NCBI GenBank assembly: GCA_965207065.1 | Contig: OZ242260.1 | Location: forward strand, 3,488,001 to 3,552,000 | Reading direction: 5' to 3' | DNA from: a bacterium | GTDB taxonomy: Bacteria > UBA8248 | DNA length: 64,000 nt | In this document: piece by piece, positions 31,566 to 40,900 of the stretch | Layout of the letters: every line of letters starts with the position of its first letter | Position numbering within the stretch: the first letter of the stretch is position 1 | The notes under the pieces: model-generated | The model's input: only the letters and a program-made list of their open reading frames with translations | What the model was told of the DNA's origin: nothing | Databases searched by the model: none | Position numbers and translations under genes: made by a program

Positions 31566-33260
31566 TCATTTTCCAGCTCCAGGGCGCGCGTCTCGAATGG
31601 TGCGGCTCAAATAAACGACGGGCAATAACCCTGCCGCAACGATACTCAAAGAGCCAAGAGCGCTTTCTTCTAATAGTTCATCTGTGGCCAGTTGGTGGAC
31701 TTGCGTTGCCAGCGTTTCAAAATTAAACGGACGCAATATGATCGTCATTGGGAGTTCTTTCATCGTATCAACAAAAACCAAAATCGCTGCCGCCAGGATA
31801 CCCCCACGGATCATAGGTATGTGAATACGCTTGAGGGTTCTAGCAGGCCCCAGACCCAGCGTTCGAGCGGCGCCATCCATGTTGGGCGTAATTCTCATCA
31901 GGCTGGCTTCCATCGTGCCGTAGGATAGCGCCAAAAACCGCGCCAGATATCCGTAACTGACGGCTGCGATCGTGCCGCTAAAGAACAAGCCTGATGAGAT
32001 GCCAAAAGTATTGTTGAGAAACCCTTGGATAAAAACATCCATCTTACCCATGGGAATCAGGACCCCGACGGCGAGAACCGCACCGGGCACAGCATATCCG
32101 ATACTGGCGAACCGGGCAGTCGATTTCAGCAACTTGTTATCCTTCAGGCGCACAGCATAGGAAAGATAAATACCAGCCACTACGGATAAAGTTGCACTGA
32201 GAGTTGATAAGACGAGGCTATTTGAAAGAATGGAATAAAAATCACGTGAAATGCTTTCTTCATAAAAGCCCCATGCGTAATAGCCTAAAATACATGATGG
32301 CGCTATGAAGCCGAACCCGATCGGTAACAAACAGAAGCTCACCGCGCACAACATCTTTATGCCTCGTAATTGGTAATTTGGGAGGGCTTGAAATTTAGTG
32401 AAAGTGCTAAAATATCTTTGATTGCTGCGCGATTTTCTCTCCGCCCACAAAAGAAGCAAGACAAAACAAAGAGCGACAACGGCAAGTTGAGCAGCGCCTG
32501 ATAGATTATTCATGTTAAGCCACACGTCAAAGATTCCAGCCGTGAGCGTCTCAACTGCAAAGAAATCAACCGTCCCAAAGTCATTCAAGGCTTCCATCAG
32601 AACCAGACTCACGCCGATGATCAGCGATGGTCGTGCCGAGGGCAGGGCGATGGAAAAAAAACTTTGCCATGCGGTTTTGCCCAAAGTTCTGCTCACCTCC
32701 AATATACAAACCGATTGCTGCACAAAAGCGACGCGCGCGAGCAGGTAGACATAAGGGTAAAGCGTGACTGTCATCACAAAAATTGCGCCGCCGAGAGAAC
32801 GTATCTCCGGAAACCAGTAGTCTCGACTTGATTCCCACCCAAAGATAGCTCGCAATAACGTCTGCACCGGGCCCGCATACTCAAATACGTCGGTATACAC
32901 ATAGGCCACAACATACGCGGGCATCGCCAGGGGCAGGAGGAGCGCCCATTCAAATATTCGTCGTCCCGGGAATCGGCAAAGAGTCACCAACCAAGCAGTG
33001 CCGGCTCCGATGAGCAACGTACCTATGCCTACTCCCAGCATCAGTCCGATGGTGGTAATCACATAGCGTGACAATACAGTTGTGAGCAGGTGATGCCAGA
33101 TGTCACCACTAGGCTGCAGGGCGAGATAGCTTACCGATAGAAGAGGAGCCGCAATGAACAATGCGAGCAGAAGGGTTCCACTCGTCCAGAAATCTACTTG
33201 AAACCTTTTAGCCAAACGCCTAGGGAAGGCTACTATGTTTAATCCAGCACCTGCACTCAT
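31566..33260 (-). CDS. Fe(III) ABC transporter permease (FbpB/FutB-like)
   Basis: LLLPLAMPAYV, YPYVYL, NDFGTV, MKELP-x3-LRPFNFETLA. Confidence 0.92.
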   Translation of the reverse strand: MSAGAGLNIVAFPRRLAKRFQVDFWTSGTLLLALFIAAPLLSVSYLALQPSGDIWHHLLTTVLSRYVITTIGLMLGVGIGTLLIGAGTAWLVTLCRFPGRRIFEWALLLPLAMPAYVVAYVYTDVFEYAGPVQTLLRAIFGWESSRDYWFPEIRSLGGAIFVMTVTLYPYVYLLARVAFVQQSVCILEVSRTLGKTAWQSFFSIALPSARPSLIIGVSLVLMEALNDFGTVDFFAVETLTAGIFDVWLNMNNLSGAAQLAVVALCFVLLLLWAERKSRSNQRYFSTFTKFQALPNYQLRGIKMLCAVSFCLLPIGFGFIAPSCILGYYAWGFYEESISRDFYSILSNSLVLSTLSATLSVVAGIYLSYAVRLKDNKLLKSTARFASIGYAVPGAVLAVGVLIPMGKMDVFIQGFLNNTFGISSGLFFSGTIAAVSYGYLARFLALSYGTMEASLMRITPNMDGAARTLGLGPARTLKRIHIPMIRGGILAAAILVFVDTMKELPMTIILRPFNFETLATQVHQLATDELLEESALGSLSIVAAGLLPVVYLSRTIRDARPGAGK

Positions 33261-33317
33261 GCCATCCCTGCCACAAGACTTACTTCAAGTAATCGCCTCT
33301 CGGAATCTCTTGATATA

Positions 33318-33372
33318 AACAAAGACCCCAAAAGCCTTTGTATCTGTAACCAGAATACTAAGACTTTTGGGG
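33318..33372 (-). terminator. Long intergenic hairpin after the Fe(III)-binding protein gene
   Basis: CCCCAAAAG...CTG-TAAC-CAG...CTTTTGGGG, followed on the minus strand by TCTTTGTTT. Confidence 0.55.
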
Positions 33373-33387
33373 CCTAGATACTAGCTG

Positions 33388-34458
33388 CTAATTACTGGGA
33401 CTGAAGTTGTTGTAATCTACCTTGTCCACCAGTTTGGAGGCGATAGCCCGCTTATTCGCCACTTTGGCCAAATTGATTGTATCGGCCTTGAATTTCCCCC
33501 ATGAATCGACAAGTGGGTGGGTCTTCACGCCCTTTTTCAACGGATATTCATAATTCTGCTCGGCGTAGAGTTTCTGCGCGTATTCGCCACTCAAGTACTC
33601 GATGAGGCGAACCGCGTTTTTCCGGTTTTTCGCATGCTTGGCAACGGCGGCGCCGCTGATGTTGACGTGCGCGCCCCTGTCCTTTTGATTCGGAAATACG
33701 ATGTATACGGCTTTCGCCCATTCTCTTTGAACTTTCTTTTTCTTGTTGGTTGCCATTTTCGCCATGTAATACGTATTGGCCAAAGCGAGATCGCATTCAC
33801 CTGCATGAATGGCTTTCGCTTGCGCACGATCGTTGCCGCTGGGCTTACGGGCGAGGTTGGACTTGAGGGCCATCAACCATTTCTTGGCTTTCGCTTCGCC
33901 CGAGTGTGCCACTATGGAAGCGAACAAGGATACGTTGTAAACGTGTTTTCCCGAACGCGTACAAATTTTGCCTTTCCATTTGGGGTCGGCCAGATCCTCA
34001 TAGCGGGTGATTGCTCCCGGCTTTACGCGCTTTTTGCTGGCATAGATGACGCGTCCGCGCAGCGTGAGACCAAACCAGTGGCCTTTTGGATGTCGATAGG
34101 AGGAGGGGATATTCTGCTCCAATACTTTCGACTGTACGGGCTGCAACAACCCTGCCTCATCCATGTCGTGGAGACGACCAATGTCCACAGTCAACACGGC
34201 ATCTGCCGCCCCTGGTGTCGCCTTGATTTTCTCGAGCATACCTTTTTTCGCAAAAACGATATTGGTCTTGATGCCCGTTTTTTCAGTGAACGCTTTCAGA
34301 ATCGGCTTGATGAGAAAAGGCTGCCGATAAGAATAGAGGTTTACGACCTCTTCGGCGTTGGCCGTGGTCTTGCCCAATGCCAGTATAGCCAAGATGACGA
34401 ACATGGAAATTCCAACGTACATCCTCGTACACTTTGCTCGGTTTAGTGCTGCAAACAT
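33388..34458 (-). CDS. Fe(III) ABC transporter substrate-binding protein (FutA/FbpA-like)
   Basis: VNLYSYRQ, LTVDIGRL, RSGKHVYN, GNDRAQ, ANTYY iron-ligand tyrosines, HVNISG. Confidence 0.92.
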   Translation of the reverse strand: MFAALNRAKCTRMYVGISMFVILAILALGKTTANAEEVVNLYSYRQPFLIKPILKAFTEKTGIKTNIVFAKKGMLEKIKATPGAADAVLTVDIGRLHDMDEAGLLQPVQSKVLEQNIPSSYRHPKGHWFGLTLRGRVIYASKKRVKPGAITRYEDLADPKWKGKICTRSGKHVYNVSLFASIVAHSGEAKAKKWLMALKSNLARKPSGNDRAQAKAIHAGECDLALANTYYMAKMATNKKKKVQREWAKAVYIVFPNQKDRGAHVNISGAAVAKHAKNRKNAVRLIEYLSGEYAQKLYAEQNYEYPLKKGVKTHPLVDSWGKFKADTINLAKVANKRAIASKLVDKVDYNNFSPSN

Positions 34459-34549
34459 AAGTTCCGTCTCCTGTGTAGCGTAGCGGCCATTTGGCGGGGT
34501 TACGTGAAGTTGGCTTCAGGGTGAGCCGGGGCACACAAACCCGTAAATT

Positions 34550-35104
34550 TCAGACTCGTCGTTTGGATTGCTTTATTTTTTGGGACATATCGTCGAAATC
34601 GATAACGCTGATGTCGCAATGGTAAGAACATGTCGGGCACGTATCGACACTCTCGCACGAGCGGCGAAACTGATGGAATTTCTCCAGGATTTCCTGATTA
34701 CCGTGCTCTTCGAAAAAGCGCAGGAGATCCAAAAACCGGTCTATGGAGTTGCCGCTCACGTAATGCTCCATCACGCAGGCGTCGACAAAGGCTTGTTCTT
34801 CTTCTACTCCCAATACGTCTATGAGGAAGTGCATTAGGATAGAGAATTTGCCCGATACGCTCTTAGCCCGTTTAGCGCCTTCTTCCGTTAAAAGAATGCT
34901 TTCGTAGACACGATGGGATACCAGTCCATTGGAGCGGAGTGTCTTTACGGCGGCAGAAACGGCCGGTTTCGCCACACCCAGCGTGGAGGCGATATCCGTT
35001 ACGCGCGCGTAACCTTTACTCTCCTGAAGGTCGAATATGGCGCGAAGATAATGTTCCAGACTGGGCGAAAGAGAACCGCGCGAATGTTGTGGCTGTGGAG
35101 TCAT
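34550..35104 (-). CDS. DtxR/MntR-family metal-dependent regulator with C-terminal Cys cluster
   Basis: SLEHYLRAI, ARVTDIASTLGV-x-KPAVS, ACVMEH. Tail CESVDTCPTCSYHC. Confidence 0.88.
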   Translation of the reverse strand: MTPQPQHSRGSLSPSLEHYLRAIFDLQESKGYARVTDIASTLGVAKPAVSAAVKTLRSNGLVSHRVYESILLTEEGAKRAKSVSGKFSILMHFLIDVLGVEEEQAFVDACVMEHYVSGNSIDRFLDLLRFFEEHGNQEILEKFHQFRRSCESVDTCPTCSYHCDISVIDFDDMSQKIKQSKRRV

Positions 35105-35122
35105 AGTTAAAATCCCTTTGGA

Positions 35123-35174
35123 AATTGAATGTTCAATTGTTGTGGTTAGGCAATAATGTTAAACACAATTAACA
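35123..35174. promoter_or_regulatory. Candidate DtxR-type operator palindromes upstream of the regulator
   Basis: AATTGAA-TG-TTCAATT (35123-35138) and TGTTAA-ACACAA-TTAACA (35157-35174). Confidence 0.45.
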
Positions 35175-35283
35175 ATGTTGCAAATTGTTTACCGATTGTC
35201 AATATAGAAATGGGAAATTTTTCGAATTATTTTGCAGATATTCAATGCAGGGCAAAAATTTACAAATCTGACTATCTCGCTTC

Positions 35284-36216
35284 TTACAATAAAGGTTGAA
35301 TAGCGCCCCTGACACCCGCCCATTCTCCCAATTTGCCCAAAACTACTTTTGATGAACTGCTCGATTGTTCGAAAGACCTCTCCTCCCAAGCCATCCGGGC
35401 AGTTGGCAGGAAATGTCCTTTCGCGTTCACCAGCCCTCCCACGAGAACGATTCTTTCCGGATTCAGCAAATTCATGATGTTGGCGATTCCAATTCCGAGC
35501 GCATAACCGCCATTTTCCCAGATTGTTCTTGCTTCAAGGTTCCCGGAGTCAGCCAGTTCGGATAAGCTGGCAGCTGAAATTTTATCAATCAACCCGATAG
35601 CGGAATCCGGGTATCGTTCCGCATGGTTCCTGGCGTCTCTTTCCAGAGCCCAGCCCGAAAAATAAGCTTCCAGGCACCCGCGGGAGCCACAAGTACACGG
35701 CTTGCCGTTTGTTTCGATTGCCATGTGGCCGATTTCTCCCGCCATTCCAGATGCCCCCCCCCAGATTTCTCCATTTTGCACAAATCCTCCTCCCACACCG
35801 GTGCCTAGCGTGAGAATGAACATGCTCTCGCATCCTACGCCCGCGCCAGCGAAAAATTCCCCCAAGGCAGCGGCATTCGCATCGTTCATCATCTGTGGCG
35901 GAATAGGGGAGAAGGAATCTTCCAACATCCCGAGAAGGGGAACTCCACAAAGAGCGGGCAAGTTGGGAGAGTCGATTACTTTGCCGGCATCCAGGTCCAG
36001 AACGCCTGCAACAGCAACCCCGATGCCTTTGAGATGTTTATTCGAAGAGAGGGATTTTGCGGCATCCTTGAATAAATCGAGGTAATCTTCCGGCCTAAGG
36101 CACCGCTGCGTATCCATGGAACAGCGCTCTTGTAATTCTCCATCCAAATCGAATGATGATGCCTTGAGAAAAGAACCCCCGAGATCGAAGCCAACATAGA
36201 TTTCGTTGCCGGGCAA
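35284..36216 (-). CDS. ROK-family sugar kinase (glucokinase-like)
   Basis: GFDLGGS, NDANAAALGE, TLGTGVGGG, GEIGH, CTCGSRGCLE. Confidence 0.92.
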   Translation of the reverse strand: MPGNEIYVGFDLGGSFLKASSFDLDGELQERCSMDTQRCLRPEDYLDLFKDAAKSLSSNKHLKGIGVAVAGVLDLDAGKVIDSPNLPALCGVPLLGMLEDSFSPIPPQMMNDANAAALGEFFAGAGVGCESMFILTLGTGVGGGFVQNGEIWGGASGMAGEIGHMAIETNGKPCTCGSRGCLEAYFSGWALERDARNHAERYPDSAIGLIDKISAASLSELADSGNLEARTIWENGGYALGIGIANIMNLLNPERIVLVGGLVNAKGHFLPTARMAWEERSFEQSSSSSKVVLGKLGEWAGVRGAIQPLL

Positions 36217-36309
36217 TTGTCAAAACCTCAGCTCAGCCGAATTGTTGCTTTGTTTATCTGCCGTGCAGAATGCACCTGTAATGAGAATGAAAGTCGATTC
36301 AGTTCTTTT

Positions 36310-37080
36310 TCATTCATAGACCCAGGCCGTGGAGCCGACTGCTTTAGCGAAGCGGTCATATTGCTCAGCAGACGAAACCCTGGGGACATCGCCTTTGAAT
36401 TCGACTCTTGCAAAATAGCTCTCTGCATGAGAAAGCGTATCGTCCGTATCTATCATCAACGCGATACCGCCAATTTCGGGCGCCTCAGAACCAAAAACCG
36501 TAAAATAATCATCCATTACATTGCGTTTTTCGGTTATCCATCTGCCGAGATTATCTATGCCGCTTCTGACCACGATATAATGGACCATCGGGTTTTTACG
36601 ACTTCTCAGTATCGACCCTTCAGGCGCACTCGTGTCCCAGACGTAACCAATCAGTCGGCTATTGATAAAACTAGGGAACCGGGGAAATACGACATAAATA
36701 CCAGCCGCCTGGTCATCAGATTCAACATTCCTCGCATCCGCGCCCTTGGGGAGTTCCGTTACTTTCCATTTCCATGAAAGAACCGGAAACTTCTTGAGAT
36801 CCAGTTTCACTTCCCGGTAAATAGAAACAGACGCTTTTTCGCTTCTCATGCGAAGCACTTTCGCATGTCTGTTGAAATCCCGGATCAGTCGAACATCGGC
36901 CTTTCCATGCCATACCTTGAGTGCCCACCCTTTTGGCAATTGGTCGGAATTGTTCTGAGCCGGACTCAAGGCGAAGTCCGTCACGATCATATTTCCCTTC
37001 TGGGCATACGCAGGGCCAGGCAGTTGGATGGTCGCAAATATCGCCAGAGCGGCGAAAATAGCCGGATAGATATACTTCAT
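36310..37080 (-). CDS. DUF3047-family exported protein
   Basis: Signal peptide, LSWKWKV, DDQAA-x-IYV, IGYVW, W-x-TEKRN-x2-DY, IALMIDTDDT. Confidence 0.8.
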   Translation of the reverse strand: MKYIYPAIFAALAIFATIQLPGPAYAQKGNMIVTDFALSPAQNNSDQLPKGWALKVWHGKADVRLIRDFNRHAKVLRMRSEKASVSIYREVKLDLKKFPVLSWKWKVTELPKGADARNVESDDQAAGIYVVFPRFPSFINSRLIGYVWDTSAPEGSILRSRKNPMVHYIVVRSGIDNLGRWITEKRNVMDDYFTVFGSEAPEIGGIALMIDTDDTLSHAESYFARVEFKGDVPRVSSAEQYDRFAKAVGSTAWVYE

Positions 37081-37150
37081 CAGTATGTCCTATGGATTTC
37101 TCAACGATTGGGCGACCGCGGAATCACGGATAACCGCTGAGAGTTAGGCG

Positions 37151-38506
37151 TTAACAGCAATTCACCAACAAAATGACCAAATCCATTACATTGGTTCCAC
37201 TTGGTCCGGTGTATACACAAGCTCTCCGGCGGCGGAGGAAAACATGACTATTATTATCGCGCAAATGTGCATAAGGGTCAAGCCCTTGATTTTGCGTTGT
37301 TTTAGCTGTTTTACCATCGACGATCGCACCTGCGGCATCAGTTGGCCCGTCTTTTCCATCGGTACCCGCAGCGAGAAGGCAGATGTTCTTATGGCCGCCA
37401 ATCTCAATGGCGAAAGACAGAGCGAGTTCCTGGCACCTGCCACCCACACCATTTCCCAACACTTTGACTGTAGTTTCGCCGCCATACAGAAGGCATTGAG
37501 GTGAGTTTTTTTTGCGTGAATTGTCTAAAATCCCTTTGGCGTCTTCCGCGATAGATTTACCCGCGTCTTTGGCTTCGCCGCTGAGAGAATCGGATTGCAC
37601 CTTCACGCTGTAGCCCATGGATTTGGCTTTTTCGTATACGGCTTTGATGGCGATTTTGTTGTTTGCCACTACATGGTGGCTCACACGACTGAATATCTTG
37701 TCCCCCAGAACAGGGGTATCTGGGATATCTCCCCGGCAACCAGCTTCAATCCTTTTTTTGATTGCTTCTGGCATATCACGGAACACACCGTAGCGCTGCA
37801 AGTACACTTTAGCCTGAGAGAACGTGGTCGAATCACCGGAAGCAGGACCTGAGCCAATCACATCCAGGGGGTCACCAATCACGTCCGATACGAGAAGAAC
37901 GATCATACGGGCAGGGAACACTTTCTGGGCCAGATTACCGCCTTTAAGTTCGGACAAGTGTTTGCGCACGCAATTGAGAGCTTCTATTGGGGCGCCTGCT
38001 AGCAGCAGTGAATTCGTGACGGATTGTTTATCCTCGAGAGAAATTCCGGGCGCAGGTGCGGGCATCAGAGCTGAGCCTCCACCGGATAGCAGGAATAACA
38101 CCATATCCTCTTTCCGGGCGCCGGCAGCCAATTCTTCTATTTTCCGGGAGGCTTCCAAACCTGAGCTGTCGGGTACAGGGTGCGAAGCTTCGAGAATTTC
38201 AATGGATCTACACCTTTCGCCATAGCCATATTGGGTGACGACGGCGCCACCATCAATTCGATTTCCGAGACGCCGCTCAACCGCACGCGCCATTTGAGAG
38301 CTCGCCTTCCCCGCGCCTAAAACGAGTATGCTCCCCGTCTCATTTAGGGATATTTTTTGTTTGCCCAAAATGAGAAAATCATTGTCCTTATCCTTTTCGA
38401 CTTTCATATAACGATAAACAGCTTCACCTGCATGAACGGCATTCAGTCCGGCCCGGAAGATGGCGCGCGCCTCTCTTTTGAGGGATCTTCTGCGTTTTGA
38501 TTGCAT
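37151..38506 (-). CDS. Glycerate 2-kinase (class II, DUF4147/MOFRL)
   Basis: GAGKAS, ASHPVPD, LLSGGGSAL, RKHLS-x2-KGG, GGETTV, GTDGKDG, TGPSGTNVMD. Start approximate. Confidence 0.9.
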   Translation of the reverse strand: MQSKRRRSLKREARAIFRAGLNAVHAGEAVYRYMKVEKDKDNDFLILGKQKISLNETGSILVLGAGKASSQMARAVERRLGNRIDGGAVVTQYGYGERCRSIEILEASHPVPDSSGLEASRKIEELAAGARKEDMVLFLLSGGGSALMPAPAPGISLEDKQSVTNSLLLAGAPIEALNCVRKHLSELKGGNLAQKVFPARMIVLLVSDVIGDPLDVIGSGPASGDSTTFSQAKVYLQRYGVFRDMPEAIKKRIEAGCRGDIPDTPVLGDKIFSRVSHHVVANNKIAIKAVYEKAKSMGYSVKVQSDSLSGEAKDAGKSIAEDAKGILDNSRKKNSPQCLLYGGETTVKVLGNGVGGRCQELALSFAIEIGGHKNICLLAAGTDGKDGPTDAAGAIVDGKTAKTTQNQGLDPYAHLRDNNSHVFLRRRRACVYTGPSGTNVMDLVILLVNCC

Positions 38507-38635
38507 ATTTCGAGTCATCTCATCGATCGGTGAACAGTATACGGGTAATGCTTCGCCCTTTGCCTTGATTCGATGTAATCTTGACTTTACATGAATCCAG
38601 TTATTCTTTCCTGGCAGAACAGTAAAGGAGAAGGA

Positions 38636-39640
38636 GTGGTAAGTGTAGGAATAATCGCGAACCCGCAATCAGGTAAAGACATCCGGAGGCTGGTGGCGCT
38701 GGCAAGTTCTTTCAGTAACAACGAAAAGGTTTTGATGCTTCGCCGAGTGATGGCGGGGATTTCTGCAATTGGACTGGATAATATCCTGATGTTCAATGAT
38801 CTCGGTTCCCTGGGCGCTGTCGCTGTGGATGGGTTTCGTCATGAGAACAAAAACCCGAAAGTGCAACTCTTTGAAGTGGATGCCAGTGGAGAAACGGCTG
38901 ACTCCACCAAAGCGGCTTACAAACTCGCTGAACTGGGCGTTCGATGTATCATTGTTCTCGGAGGGGATGGCACTTGTCGCGCTGTCGCCAAAGGGTGCAG
39001 CAAAATTCCCCTGATCCCTTTATCCACTGGGACGAACAATGCCTTTCCGTTTTCCTGGGAAGGAACTGTGGCCGGTATGGCCGCGGCTTTTTATGCCCTT
39101 CACCCAAGAGTATATGGAAGCGAGAAAAAGGTGACGAAACAGCTTCATGTGAGCCTTGATGGTAAATCCGAAAGTGCCCTGGTTGATATCGCTATCATCA
39201 AGGAATCATTCTATGGGGCGCGTGCAGTCTGGGACATCGGGCGCGTGGACTCGGTGGCGCTGACCAGAAGCGAGCCCGGGCGTTTGGGGCTGTCTTCACT
39301 AGGTGCGAGTTTGCGTCCGATTGATTCGAATGAACCAGTGGGGTTGTGGTTGAAGCTGGGAGCGAAGAGCAAATCCAATCAACGCATTATTTCGGCAATC
39401 GGACCTGGGCAGGTTGCTTCCGCCAAGGTATTGGAACACAAGGTCGTCAAACTTGGAGAAACCATAAAATATCGAGCACCAGATGTTCGCGTGCTGGCCT
39501 TCGATGGGGAACGGGAATACTTGTTAAGCAAGAGGGAAGAAATAGAAATAACGCTGGAACTCGATGGGCCTGCGATACTGAATGTTCCTGCGATATTGAA
39601 AAAGGCGGCCATCCGAGGCGATCTTCAAACGAAGAATTGA
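38636..39640 (+). CDS. AcoX-like ATP-NAD kinase family protein
   Basis: VGIIANPQSGKDIRRLVA, LGGDGTCRAV, STGTNNAFP, AFDGERE. Confidence 0.85.
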   Translation: MVSVGIIANPQSGKDIRRLVALASSFSNNEKVLMLRRVMAGISAIGLDNILMFNDLGSLGAVAVDGFRHENKNPKVQLFEVDASGETADSTKAAYKLAELGVRCIIVLGGDGTCRAVAKGCSKIPLIPLSTGTNNAFPFSWEGTVAGMAAAFYALHPRVYGSEKKVTKQLHVSLDGKSESALVDIAIIKESFYGARAVWDIGRVDSVALTRSEPGRLGLSSLGASLRPIDSNEPVGLWLKLGAKSKSNQRIISAIGPGQVASAKVLEHKVVKLGETIKYRAPDVRVLAFDGEREYLLSKREEIEITLELDGPAILNVPAILKKAAIRGDLQTKN

Positions 39641-39693
39641 CGTCTTTGAAAAGACTTTTCACCCCTGGAGGGGAAGAAAATTTTTTTCTGTAG

Positions 39694-39722
39694 TTGACAA
39701 AAGAAGGCCAAGTGACTATTTT
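39694..39722 (+). promoter_or_regulatory. sigma70 promoter
   Basis: TTGACA (39694-39699), 17-nt spacer, TATTTT (39717-39722). Confidence 0.7.
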
Positions 39723-39726
39723 TATT

Positions 39727-39753
39727 TTGGCACTCAGCGCTATCGAGTGCCAA
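39727..39753. promoter_or_regulatory. CIRCE element (HrcA operator)
   Basis: TTGGCACTC-AGCGCTATC-GAGTGCCAA versus consensus TTAGCACTC-N9-GAGTGCTAA. Perfect inverted repeat, exact 9-nt spacer, located at the predicted +1. Confidence 0.88.
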
Positions 39754-39919
39754 GGCATTGATAAATAAAGAATTTAACGGGTTATCCTGTTCATCTCAGA
39801 AGTTTCGGGATGTTTTTTTTACACAAATGTATCGGTCAACTTGATATCTGAAAAGTGAAGAACGGCTTTGGCACCATTGTGGCGAATGATTATGGATAGC
39901 ATTTTTTAGGGAGTTCTTC

Positions 39920-40900
39920 GTGATTCGAGTTGAGAACCTTACAAAATATTACGGTAATCTCCGTGGTGTGACGGATATATCCTTTCGAGTCGAAGAAGGT
40001 GAGGTGCTCGGTTTTCTTGGGCCCAATGGCGCCGGAAAATCTACGACCATGCGCATTTTGACGGGGTATATGCCTCCAAACTCAGGTTCCGCCTGGGTGG
40101 CTGACATCAATGTCTCGGAATCACCGCTGGAAGCCCAGAAAAATCTCGGATATCTCCCGGAAACCAATCCGTTATACGCAGAGATGACCGTTAGAGCCTA
40201 TTTAAATTTTGTTGCATCCATGAAAGGTATGAGCGGGACGGATAAAGAAGCCGGCATTCGGAGGGTTGTCGGCAGTTGCGGCCTCGAGGATGTCGCCCAC
40301 CGTCTCATCGGCAATCTCTCGAAAGGATATCGTCAGCGTGTCGGATTGGCGCAGGCAATGGTGAACGACCCGCCTGTGTTGATTCTTGATGAACCCACAT
40401 CAGGCCTCGACCCGGCTCAGATTGTGGAAATCCGGAATTTGATTTCTGAACTCAAGGGCAACCGAACCCTTATTCTAAGCACGCATATTCTTCCTGAAGT
40501 AAACATGGTTTGCGATCGGGTTGTCATCATCCACCAGGGCCGGATAGCAGCCGAGGGAGCTCTCGATACGCTGGCGGCAGACATGCAGGCCGACTCGATG
40601 ATACGCATTTCGGCAGTCGGAGTCACCGACGCGCTGTCCGGTAAAATGAAAATGGTATCAGGGGTTGAACGCGTAGAACTTGTAGGTACTTCAACTGGAG
40701 AGGAAGCGCATTTCGATGTGCACGCAAAAGGCGGTGATGACATTCGCTCTGACTTGGTTGCCGCTGTTTTCGCGGCGGAGGGGAAACTGACTGAAATTCG
40801 CCAGATGAGGCTTACGCTGGAAGACCTTTTTGTTCGTATCGTGAGTGGAGAGCAGAAACACGATGAGGAAACTGTTGATGAGGAACCTGTAAATGCATAA
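39920..40900 (+). CDS. ABC transporter ATP-binding protein (GldA-like)
   Basis: GPNGAGKST, LSKGYRQRVGLAQA, ILDEPTSGLDP, LSTHILPEV. Confidence 0.92.
   Translation: MIRVENLTKYYGNLRGVTDISFRVEEGEVLGFLGPNGAGKSTTMRILTGYMPPNSGSAWVADINVSESPLEAQKNLGYLPETNPLYAEMTVRAYLNFVASMKGMSGTDKEAGIRRVVGSCGLEDVAHRLIGNLSKGYRQRVGLAQAMVNDPPVLILDEPTSGLDPAQIVEIRNLISELKGNRTLILSTHILPEVNMVCDRVVIIHQGRIAAEGALDTLAADMQADSMIRISAVGVTDALSGKMKMVSGVERVELVGTSTGEEAHFDVHAKGGDDIRSDLVAAVFAAEGKLTEIRQMRLTLEDLFVRIVSGEQKHDEETVDEEPVNA

Noticed and set aside
35137-35164. dif site (TAATGTTAAAC resembles the XerD arm)
   Set aside because: The XerC arm position reads TTGTTGTGGTT with no ATAA, and the site is better explained as an operator for the DtxR-family gene.
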